A DNA stretch of 64,000 nt from Laetmonice hystrix (lineage: Eukaryota): contig OZ249436.1 of assembly GCA_965235115.1 (NCBI GenBank), forward strand, positions 21,950,001 to 22,014,000. Direction: 5' to 3'. The notes beneath the pieces are model-generated. The model did not search any database, was not told the origin of the DNA, and was given only the letters and a program-made list of their open reading frames with translations. Every line of letters begins with the position of its first letter. The first letter of the stretch is position 1. Shown here in pieces: positions 46,744 through 56,774 of this stretch. Made by a program: the position numbers and the translations under genes.

Positions 46744-47246
46744 TGTGGTATATTTATCTGAACTTTACACAACAGACTATACTTACCAACCAGATAACAT
46801 GGACATGCCTGGACACTGTTATCAGACCTTTGTTCTCAGTCATGGTTAGAGATAACCACACTATCAAAGGAACAAGTCCAAACACACATACCACTGTCAT
46901 GTAATCGAGCTCTTGTGTAATGAAGCATAATCATTACATCTAAGGAAAGATAGAACACCTCCCGCAGTAATGTAAGCACACCATGTCAGCTCCAATCTTT
47001 CATGACCACATACGTTTCCTTATGCAAACAAATAAGTATCATGCACCCTCCTCCACTACAGAGAGGACCCATTTGTAATCACCTGACTAATGATAAGCAT
47101 TTTAGTATATATAGTACAACAATGTAATAGAAAGAGAGAGAGAGAGATAGACAGAGACGAGAACGCACGACGCGACTGTCTATCGTGACGAATAAAACCT
47201 CAGCACACAACAAGTCTGTCTTCCCTTCCATGTTCACAACATAACA
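46744..47246 (+). repeat. 3' LTR (503 bp)
   Basis: By eye identical to the 5' LTR except for one extra AG in the (AG)n tract. Confidence 0.96.
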
Positions 47247-48898
47247 GTTACATCGGAGAGAGCAGTGAGAGTTGCTCTGGAAATTGTTAATGAGTTTGGG
47301 CGGGCATCTGGGGCCAAGCTTAACAGACGCAAGTCAAAAGGCATGTGGGTTGGGAAGTGGAGGCACCGAAAGGGTGTTTTGCATGGTATTGATTTTAGTT
47401 GCGAAAGTTTAAAGTGTCTGGGAGTAGTTTTTGGTAGACACCAAAGTGAGTGGCAAAAATTGAATTGGGAACCGCTGGTCGAGAAATTGGCTAAAGTATT
47501 GGAAGGCTGGAAAGTTCGTAAAATGACGCTAGCAGGCAGAGCAGTTATTCTGAACACGGTGGCCTTATCCAAATTGTGGCACCGTGGACAAGTCATTCAT
47601 ATGAATGATAAGTACATTAAGAAGTTCGAGCGTATTATCTACAAGTTTCTTTGGCCTGGTGGGGCGGAGAGGGTCCAACGAAGAGTCATGGTTCTGGATA
47701 GAGTCAGGGGAGGTGTTGGCCTCGTCGACCTTGGCTCGAAGTTGGAATCATTTCGAATTAGCCATATTGGCAAGTTATTGAGAAGCCAGCTAGCCCAGAA
47801 ATGGTCCGAGTTTGCTGTTTTTTATTGTGGTTTTCAGTTGAGGGCAGAAAGGCCCGAGTTTGGGAGTAATTCTAGACCTCATGCTTGGAACATTTCTCTC
47901 TTTTACGAAAGGTGTCTTCGGGAATGGAAGAAGTTTAATGAAAGTCAGAATGTCTCTTTGCAGAGCCTTACAAGTGGCGACATTTACAAAGTGTTGACCA
48001 AGAAATGGGTCATTGTGCCACTGGTTGCAACCAAGTCTGTGAACATTTTTGTTGATTTTAGTGTTTGTTGGAATAACTGTTGCCACTGGTTCCTCCCGTC
48101 GGAAATCAAAGAATTTGCCTGGCGGGTAGGGCAACATATACTCCCTGTTAATGACAAACTTCATAGGGACAACAAACGTTTACCTGTAAAGTGTGAACTA
48201 TGTGGGGCGGGCAGGGAAACTTTAGATCACATTTTATTGCTGTGTCCGGTTGTACGTCCGGTTGCAAGGGAAGTGGAGGTCTTGATCTCAGAGATCTTGG
48301 ATGCTCCATTTTTCCTGGACAGAGAAGTAATTTTATTCAATATTTTACCTCGGATGAGGGATCAGACACAAGGTCTAGTGTTACTTCTCTTAAATTGTTT
48401 TAAGAGGGAGGTCTGGCATCATCGTAATAGGGTTAAGTTGGGCTTGGCCAGACCTAACCCTGAGAGAGTGTGGTCGGCCCTGATGGCAGGGCTCAAGTGG
48501 AGGTTTTCCATTGATGTGTGTCGCCCTCAAAATACAAAATGGGTAGAAGCATGGGCAGTTGGAAAGGTTTGTGCGGGAAAAGTGGGTGAGGAATTTGTCT
48601 TTCTCTTGTAGAATAGTTCACCCCCCCCCTTTTTTTAAAGGATATGGTCGGTGCATATTGAAGGATTGTTGAAATGGTGGAGTATTCCTTGAGTGTGCAG
48701 GTTTTAATGTTTGAGTGTTGCCACTTGGGAGTTTCTAACTAGTCAACTCTAGCCTTTTTCAATTTTCCTTTTGTACTTAGTTTGCTCTTTACTATATTGT
48801 CCGGCATGTAGGCTTTACGGTCTGGTGCCAGGGTTATCGTTAAGAGTAGTTATTGGTTTTTAGAGTCTTTTATAAATTTAAAAAAAAAAAAAAAAAAA

Positions 48899-48949
48899 AA
48901 AGATTTCCGTGGGGAGGAACATTACAATGAGTCTATAGACGAATTTTTG
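48899..48949 (+). pseudogene. 51-bp U5 fragment ending at the Sm site
   Basis: Same as 36705-36755. Confidence 0.9.
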
Positions 48950-48952
48950 ATT

Positions 48953-51564
48953 TGAAGCAGGAGAAAATGAATGGAAGCGCGAAGGTTATTTCCGAACTAG
49001 AGGTTGAAGGTCGAGTCATAACTGATAAAATGGACATAGTGGCAGCTTGTCGTAACTTTTATAAATGTCTGTATACGAAGGAAGACATTGATCGAGAGGT
49101 AGCACAGAAATACCTGGATCGTCTTCCTCGGTTGGCCTCTGAAGGTAGAGCAGAGTGCGAGGGGTTTTTAAGTAAGGAGGAAGTATTTTCTTCCCTAAAG
49201 TCCATGAAGGATGGGAAAAGTCCGGGTGAGGACGGCCTCCCCCAGGAATTTTATGTTGGATTTTTTCATCTGTTTGGTGGTGATTTAGTCAATGTTTTTA
49301 ATCAAGCCTTTCACGCAGGCGTCTTAGGCGAGTCCCTTAGGACAGGAGTCATTAGATTGATCTGTAAAGATGTAACAAAAAAAGAGAATTTAGGTTACTG
49401 GAGGCCTATTTCTCTTCTTAACACCGATTATAAACTTATTTCAAAGTCCATTTGTAATAGAATGGTCAAGGTGTTGGATGAAATAGTACATGAAGATCAG
49501 ACGTGTGCCATTAAGGGAAGGACTATACATGATAGTTTACACTTAATTCGATCTGTCATTGACTATGCCAATGACCATGATATACCGTGTGGGATTTTGA
49601 GTCTAGATCAGGAAAAGGCCTTTGATAGGGTTTCTCACGAGTTCCTTTTCATGGCTCTACGAAGTTATGGTTTTGGCCCCGATTTGATTAGATGGGTCCG
49701 CCTTTTGTATACGGACATTAGTTCAAGGGTGTTTGTCAATGGTATACTGTCAAATGAGTTTGAAGTCCAACGTTCGGTGAGACAAGGTTGTGGTCTGTCT
49801 CCCCTTTTATATGTTTTAGTTATCGAACCACTTGCAGTCATGATGAGAGCTGACTTCCGTATGGAAGGGCTCAAAATCCCTGGCTCACCAAGGACGGTTC
49901 AACTTGTGCACTATGCCGACGACATGAACCCAGTTGTTACATCGGAGAGAGCAGTGAGAGTCGCTCTGGAAATTGTTAATGAGTTTGGGCGGGCATCTGG
50001 GGCCAAGCTTAACAGACGCAAGTCAAAAGGCATGTAGGTTGGGAAGTGGAGGCACCAAAAGGGTGTTTTGCATGGTATTGATTTTAGTTGCGAAAGTTTA
50101 AAGTGTCTGGGAGTAGTTTTTGGTAGACACCAAAGTGAGTGGCAAAAATTGAATTGGGAACCGCTGGTCGAGAAATTGGCTAAAGTATTGGAAGGCTGGA
50201 AAGTTCGTAAAATGACGCTAGCAGGCAGAGCAGTTATTCTGAACACGGTGGCCTTATCCAAATTGTGGCACCGTGGACAAGTCATTCATATGAGTGATAA
50301 GTACATTAAGAAGTTCGAGCGTATTATCTACAAGTTTCTTTGGCCTGGTGGGGCGGAGAGGGTCCAACGAAGAGTCATGGTTCTGGATAGAGTCAGGGGA
50401 GGTGTTGGCCTCGTCGACCTTGGCTCGAAGTTGGAATCATTTCGAATTAGCCATATTGGCAAGTTATTGAGAAGCCAGCTAGCCCAGAAATGGTCCGAGT
50501 TTGCTGTTTTTTATTGTGGTTTTCAGTTGAGGGCAGAAAGGCCCGAGTTTGGGAGTAATTCTAGACCTCATGCTTGGAACATTTCTCTCTTTTACGAAAG
50601 GTGTCTTCGGGAATGGAAGAAGTTTAATGAAAGTCAGAATGTCTCTTTGCAGAGCCTTACAAGTGGCGACATTTACAAAGTGTTGACCAAGAAATGGGTC
50701 ATTGTGCCACTGGTTGCAACCAAGTCTGTGAACATTTTTGTTGATTTTAGTGTTTGTTGGAATAACTGTTGCCACTGGTTCCTCCCGTCGGAAATCAAAG
50801 AATTTGCCTGGCGGGTAGGGCAACATATACTCCCTGTTAATGACAAACTTCACAGGCACAACAAACGTTTACCTGTAAAGTGTGAACTATGTGGGGCGGG
50901 CAGGGAAACTTCAGATCACATTTTATTGCTGTGTCCAGTTGTACGTCCGGTTGCAAGGGAAGTGGAGGTCTTGATCTCAGAGATCTTGGATGCTCCATTT
51001 TTCCTGGACAGAGAAGTAATTTTATTCAATATTTTACCTCGGATGAGGGATCAGCACAAGGTCTAGTGTTACTTCTCTTAAATTGTTTTAAGAGGGAGGT
51101 CTGGCATCATCGTAATAGGGTTAAGTTGGGCTTGGCCAGACCTAACCCTGAGAGAGTGTGGTCGGCCCTAATGGCAGGGCTCAAGTGGAGGTTTTCCATT
51201 GATGTGTGTCGCCCTCAAAATACAAAATGGGTAGAAGCATGGGCAGTTGGAAAGGTTTGTGCGGGAAAAGTGGGTGAGGAATTTGTCTTTCTCTTGTAGA
51301 ATAGTTCACCCCCCCCTTTTTTTAAAGGATATGGTCGGTGCATATTGAAGGATTGTTGAAATGGTGGAGTATTCCTTGAGTGTGCAGGTTTTAATGTTTG
51401 AGTGTTGCCACTTGGGAGTTTTTAACTAGTCAACTCTAGCCTTTTTCAATTTTCCTTTTGTACTTAGTTTGCTCTTTACTATATTGTCCGGCATGTAGGC
51501 TTTAGGGTCTGGTGCCAGGGTTATCGTTAAGAGTAGTTATTGGTTTTTAGAGTCTTTTATAAAT

Positions 51565-51598
<34 letters not shown>
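48953..51598 (+). mobile_element. 5'-truncated Tx1-like copy H (same junction as G, no LTR insert)
   Basis: TTTTTG-ATT-TGAAGCAGG junction; TGG>TAG stop at 50035; frameshift near 51055; poly(A). Confidence 0.93.
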
Positions 51599-51600
<2 letters not shown>

Positions 51601-51611
51601 TTTCCGTGGGG

Positions 51612-52100
51612 ATTTGGAGAATACGGAGAATTTGTGTTGATTTGGATCGATCAGTTGTTAGCTTTTGGTGGTTTTCTCCTTTTGGAGTCGTAGGTTGGTC
51701 AGTTGCCTTGAAACTACCCTTGGGACCGGGTCATAATAGGTCCTTGGTTTCGTTTCTAGGCTGACCTTTCATACTGTCCGCGGGACCCGGAATATAATAG
51801 GTCCTTTTCTATTTGCATCCGTGGGGACCCGGATTAAAATAGGTCTCTCGTTCGCTTGGGTATCTGGTGGTAGCTTCCAGCCCAACGTGATAATTCTTTA
51901 TGTTAATCCGTAGAGGTCCGGAATCAAATAGGCCTCCTTTTCCTTTCCTTCTCTCTTCTTTCACCGTGTAAATGGTCTTAGTTGCCGTCACGGTGTAAGC
52001 CAACCTCTCCCCTTTTCAGTTAATTTTGTTTTCCGCCTGCCACCCCGGTGGCATGGCGACAGGCATGGAATATGATTCTGACGACACGGATTTGGCCCTG
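51612..52100 (+). mobile_element. Tx1-like copy I, 5'UTR and first ORF1 codons only (rest deleted)
   Basis: Preceded by AAAGATTTCCGTGGGG; breaks after GATTTGGCCCTG with a short local duplication, then U5 variant-c 3' flank. Confidence 0.88.
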
Positions 52101-52475
52101 ATTTGGCCCAGGGTAATTTGAAAATATAAAAATAGTACAGAACTGTTAAATAGTTAAACCATTTAGAGAAGTATAATTTTGAGGATAACATATATACTGG
52201 GTCTCATGCTACTAATAAATGCCGTTACACGATGGAGTTATCGCACAACGTTTAACCAAATGGCTACAGAACTTTCGAGTGACAGCAAAAGCTTAAATGA
52301 TAAAACAAAATGAAGATATTGCTGTCAATTGACAATGACTCGTTTGAATATTAAGATCTGTCAGCTAACTGAGCCTGCAGCTTGAACAGGTGATTGGACA
52401 CGGTTAACTTTACAGTGCCCACCAAAAGGGGTGCTTGAACGCACCACCAGCCCCGCCCCCCCCTCCAGCTCTCCC

Positions 52476-52511
52476 GACGAATTTTTGCAGCCCTGCTCAA
52501 AGAGCAGGGTA
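52476..52511 (+). pseudogene. U5 3'-terminal fragment, variant c
   Basis: GACGAATTTTTGCAGCCCTGCTCAAAGAGCAGGGTA (Sm site + hairpin). Confidence 0.8.
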
Positions 52512-52695
52512 ATTTGAAAATAAAAAATAGTAAAGAAATATTAAATAGTTAAACCATTCCGAGAAGTATAATTTTGAGTATAACGTGTTGGGTCCAATGC
52601 TGTCAATTGACAATGATTCGTTTGCATAAAATGTGTAAATATTTTTATTTTATATTTTTCCAAGGATGAGGGATCAATTAAAAAAAAAAAAAAAA

Positions 52696-52770
52696 AAAGA
52701 TTTCCGTGGGGAGGAACATTACAATGAGTCTATAGACGAATTTTTGCAGCCCTGCTCAAAGAGCAGGGTA
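52696..52770 (+). pseudogene. U5 3' half, variant c, behind a poly(A) and a tiny Tx1 remnant
   Basis: GGATGAGGGATCA-ATT-(A)n-GATTTCCGTGGGGAGG... Confidence 0.88.
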
Positions 52771-52858
52771 ATCTGAAAATATAAAAATAGTACACAACTA
52801 TTAAATAGGTAAACGTCTAAAACGTCCTGGGTCTCATGCTCTACTGATGGCGACAATA

Positions 52859-55331
52859 AAGACATTGACCTTGAAGTTGCACAGAAATATCTGGGCCGTC
52901 TTCCTCAGTTAGCTTCTGAAAGTAGAGAAGGTTGTGAGGGGTTCTTAAGTAAGGAAGAAGTATTCTCTTCCTTAAAGTCCATGAAGGATGGGAAAAGTCC
53001 AGGAGAGGATGGCCTCCCCAAAGAATTCTATATAGCTTTTTTCCATCTCTTTGGAAACGATCTAGTCAACGTTTTTAATCAAGCCTTTCATGCAGGCGTG
53101 TTAGGCGAGTCCCTCCGGACAGGAGTTATTAGGTTGATTTGTAAAGATGTGGCAAAAAAAGAGAATTTAGGTTTCTGGAGGCCTATTTCTCTTCTTAATA
53201 CTGATTATAAACTTATTTCAAAGTCCATCTGTTCTAGAATGGTTAAGGTAATGGATGAAATTGTACACGTTGACCAAACGTGTGCAATTAAAGGAAGGAC
53301 TATACATGACAGTTTACATTTAATTCGTTTGGTCATTGATTATGCTAATGACCATGATATACCATGTGGAATCTTGAGCCTCGATCAGGAAAAGGCCTTT
53401 GACAGGGTTTCTCATGACTTTCTTTTCTTGGCCCTTCACAGTTATGGTTTCGGCCCCGATTTAATTAGATGGGTCCGCCTTTTGTATACGGAGATTAGCT
53501 CAAAGGTTCTTGTTAATGGTATACTGTCAGATGAATTTGAAGTCCAGCGTTCGGTGAGACAAGGCTGTGGTCTTTCTCCCCTCTTATATGTTTTAGCCAT
53601 TGAACCACTTGCTGTCATGATGAGAGCAGGCTTCCGTATGGAAGGACTCAAAATCCCTGGCTCACCAAGGTCAGTTCAACTAGTGCACTATGCCGATGAC
53701 ATGAATCCAGTTGTCACATCGGAAAGATCAGTTAGAGTTGCCTTGGAGATTGTTAATGAGTTTGGGAGGGCTTCTGGCGCTAAGCTTAACAGACACAAGT
53801 CAAAAGGCATGTGGTTTGGCAAGTGGCGTCACCGAAAGGGTATTTTGCATGGCATTGATTTCAGCAGCGAAAGTTTAAAGTGTTTAGGAGTGGTTTTTGG
53901 TAGAAATCAAAGTGAGTGGCAAACATCAAATTGGGAACCTCTGGTCGAAAAATTGGCCAAAGTTTTGGATGCCTGGAAATGTCGTAAAATGACCCTAGCA
54001 GGTAGAGCAATTATTCTGAATACGGTGGCATTATCCAAATTGTGGCATCGTGGACAAGTCATTCACATGAACGACAAGTACATTAAGAAGTTCGAACGTA
54101 TTATTTTTAAGTTTCTTTGGCCAGGCCAGGAGAGGGTCCAACGGAGAGTCATGGTTCTGGATAGAGTAAGAGGAGGTGTTGGTCTGGTAGACCTCGGCTC
54201 GAAGTTGGAAGCCTTCCGAATTAACCACATTGGCAAGTTATTGAGGAGCCAACTAATCCAGAAATGGTCCGAGTTTGCTGTTTTTTATTGTGGCTTTCAG
54301 TTGAGAACAGAAAGACCAGAGTTTGGGGTTAATTCTAGACCCCATGCTTGGAACATTTCCCCATTTTACGAAAGGTGTCTTCGGGAATGGAAGAATTTTA
54401 AAGGAAATCGGAATGTTTCTTTGGAGAGCCTTACAAGTGGTTACATTTACACAGAATTGACCAGGAAATGGGTTATTGTGCCACTGGTTGCAACCAAGTC
54501 TGTTAACATTTTTATTGATTTTGGTGTTTGTTGGAATAACTGTTGCCATTGGTTTCTGCCATCGGAAATCAAAGAATTTGCCTGGCGGGTAGGGCAACAT
54601 ATACTCCCTGTTAACGACAAACTTCACAGGCACAACAAACGTTTACCTGTAAAGTGTGAACTATGTGGGGCGGGCAGGGAAACTTTAGATCACATTTTAT
54701 TGCTGTGTCCAGTTGTACGTCCGGTTTTAAGGGAAGTGGAAGTCTTGATCTCAGAGATCTTGGATGCTCCATTTTTCCGGGGCAGAGAAGTAATTTTGTT
54801 TAACGTTTTACCAAGAATGAGGGACCAGACACGAGGAATTGTGCTCCTTCTCTTGAATTCTTTCAAGAGAGAAGTGTGGTTTCATCGAAACAAGGTTAGA
54901 ATGGGCTTAGCCAGGCCTAACCCTGAGAGAGTGTGGTCGGCCCTGATGGCAGGGCTCAAGTGGAGGTTTTCCATTGATGTGTGTCGCCCTCAAAGTACAA
55001 AATGGGTAGAAGCATGGGCAGTTGGAAAGGTTTGTGCGGGAAAAGTGGGTGAGGAATTTGTCTTTCTCTTGTAAAATAGTTCCCCCTTTTTTTTAAAGGA
55101 TATGGTCGGTGCATATTGAAGGATTGTTGAAATGGTGGAGTACTCCTTGAGTGTGCAGGTTTTAATGTTTGAGTGTTGCCACTTGGGAGTTTTTAACTAG
55201 TCAGCTCTAGCCTTTTTCAATCTTCCTTTTGTACTTAGTTTGCTCTTTACTATATTGTCTGGCATGTAGGCCTTAGGGTCAGGTGCCAGGGTTATCGTTA
55301 AGAGTAGGTATTGGTTTTTAGAGTCTTTTAT

Positions 55332-55363
<32 letters not shown>
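52859..55363 (+). mobile_element. 5'-truncated Tx1-like copy of a second, diverged subfamily; ~166-bp target duplication
   Basis: Many mostly synonymous differences from copies A-H; 52696-52861 repeated at 55364-55506. Confidence 0.92.
52861..55074 (+). CDS. ORF2 fragment (RT + C-terminus) of the diverged subfamily, frame open
   Basis: DIDLEVAQKYL... through YADD to VGEEFVFLL; no endonuclease domain. Confidence 0.85.
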   Translation, partial: DIDLEVAQKYLGRLPQLASESREGCEGFLSKEEVFSSLKSMKDGKSPGEDGLPKEFYIAFFHLFGNDLVNVFNQAFHAGVLGESLRTGVIRLICKDVAKKENLGFWRPISLLNTDYKLISKSICSRMVKVMDEIVHVDQTCAIKGRTIHDSLHLIRLVIDYANDHDIPCGILSLDQEKAFDRVSHDFLFLALHSYGFGPDLIRWVRLLYTEISSKVLVNGILSDEFEVQRSVRQGCGLSPLLYVLAIEPLAVMMRAGFRMEGLKIPGSPRSVQLVHYADDMNPVVTSERSVRVALEIVNEFGRASGAKLNRHKSKGMWFGKWRHRKGILHGIDFSSESLKCLGVVFGRNQSEWQTSNWEPLVEKLAKVLDAWKCRKMTLAGRAIILNTVALSKLWHRGQVIHMNDKYIKKFERIIFKFLWPGQERVQRRVMVLDRVRGGVGLVDLGSKLEAFRINHIGKLLRSQLIQKWSEFAVFYCGFQLRTERPEFGVNSRPHAWNISPFYERCLREWKNFKGNRNVSLESLTSGYIYTELTRKWVIVPLVATKSVNIFIDFGVCWNNCCHWFLPSEIKEFAWRVGQHILPVNDKLHRHNKRLPVKCELCGAGRETLDHILLLCPVVRPVLREVEVLISEILDAPFFRGREVILFNVLPRMRDQTRGIVLLLLNSFKREVWFHRNKVRMGLARPNPERVWSALMAGLKWRFSIDVCRPQSTKWVEAWAVGKVCAGKVGEEFVFLL

Positions 55364-55365
<2 letters not shown>

Positions 55366-55415
55366 CCGTGGGGAGGAACATTACAGTGAGTCTATAGACG
55401 AATTTTTGCAGGGTA
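55364..55415 (+). pseudogene. U5 3' half, variant c, 3' hairpin deleted
   Basis: GCAGCCCTGCTCAAAGAGCAGGGT collapsed to GCAGGGT via the GCAG direct repeat. Confidence 0.85.
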
Positions 55416-55809
55416 ATCTGAAAATATAAAAATAGTACACAACTATTAAATAGGTAAACGTCTAAAACGTCCTGGGTCTCATGCTCTACTGATGGCGACA
55501 ATAAAGGGTGGCGGGTAATCCGGTGTCTCTCACTAGGTGGCGCCAATATATTTTACAAATCGCTAGTGGTGTGCCGATCATGTGACCACTGAATTCCAGC
55601 ACTGCCCCTCATATTAATATAATTTCAATAAGTTGACAGAATAATGATACTAGATTCAGATATGCTTGATTTTACAATTAATTTGAATTATGTATCATCC
55701 ACTTAGTGTGTATCAATAATAGTTTAAGACACAGTTTTAGTGAATAGAGAGGGTTAGACTTGAGTATGTAAAGAAAACACCAGCTGTAGATATGTCTTGG
55801 TCGGTTCAA

Positions 55810-56271
55810 ATCCAGAAATGGTCCTAATTGCTGTATTTTGTTGTGGCTTTCAGTTGAGAGCAGAGAGACCAGAGTTTGGGGTTAATTCTAGACCCCCATG
55901 CTTGGAATATTTCCCCATTTTATGAAAGGTGTATTCGGGAATGGAAGAATTTTAAAGGAAGTTGAAATGTTTCTTTGGAGAGCCTGACAAGTGGTTACAT
56001 TTACAAAGAGTTGACCAAGAAATGGGTCACTGTGCCATTGGTTTCTCCCGTCGGAAATCAAGGAGTTTGCCTGGCGGGTAAGGCAACATATATTACTTGT
56101 ATACGATAAGCTCCACAGACACAACAGACGTTTACCTGTAAAGTGCGAACTGTGTGGGGCGGGCAGGGAAACTTTAGATCATATATTTTATTGTTGTGTC
56201 CAGTAATTTTATTTATATTGTTGTGTCCAGTAATTTTATTTAATATTTTACCAAGAAATATAAAAAAAAAA
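55810..56271 (+). mobile_element. Old, internally deleted Tx1-like remnant ending in an A-run at the U5 site
   Basis: Degenerate ORF2 3' segment (TCCAGAAATGGTC...AATATTTTACCAAG) then (A)n-GATTTCCG. Confidence 0.8.
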
Positions 56272-56343
56272 GATTTCCGTGGGGAGGAACATTACAATGA
56301 GTCTATAGACGAATTTTTGCATCCCTGCTTTCAAAGCGGGGTA
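56269..56343 (+). pseudogene. U5 3' half, variant d
   Basis: Hairpin CCCTGCTT-TCA-AAGCGGGG; a/b-like 3' flank continues to ~56505. Confidence 0.88.
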
Positions 56344-56774
56344 ATTGAATAATGAAGAATAGTCTCCTAACGCAAACTGATTCAGACGACCAATGTTCTT
56401 TATGAATAGGTCTAATTTAGATGAAAAAATAAAAATTGTAAACTAGTAAATGACGAAATTAAGATTACCGCAAGGAGATATATTCCAGTGCCTTTCATAA
56501 TTATTTTAAAGTGGCACTATTTCTTCGCCCCAGGAAGTTGACCCCTCCCATATGGATCCCCTGCACTTATCGTAATAAATTTGAGTGGAACCAACCCGAT
56601 TTACTGTGAGAACCGACGATGTACCATGATAGTATCATGCCTGCGTCTCCGCGCCATTTCGGCTGGGTAACGGGGGAATTCCGTCTATGCGCGCGCATAA
56701 CCACGTGACTGCATCTACTTCCCGAGAGGAGCACGCGGAAAATGGCGGACAGCGAAGAGGAGGTTAGGCATGTA

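Larger units (their letters stand above)
37745..47246 (+). mobile_element. Full-length Ty3/gypsy-type LTR retrotransposon, 9502 bp, 5-bp TSD GTTAC
   Basis: TG...CA LTRs, GTTAC at 37740-37744 and 47247-47251, gag and pol with PR-RT-RH-IN order. Confidence 0.97.
36759..48901 (+). mobile_element. 5'-truncated Tx1-like copy G (~2.64 kb), split by an LTR retrotransposon
   Basis: ORF2 pieces at 36759-37744 and 47247-48611, frameshift near 37075, poly(A) to 48901. Confidence 0.93.

Noticed and set aside
30074..56343. Recurring short identical sequence separated by long inserts, superficially CRISPR-like or att-site-like
   Set aside because: The repeats are U5 snRNA fragments (target duplications) and the inserts are poly(A)-tailed retrotransposons; no cas or integrase cassette, and the context is eukaryotic
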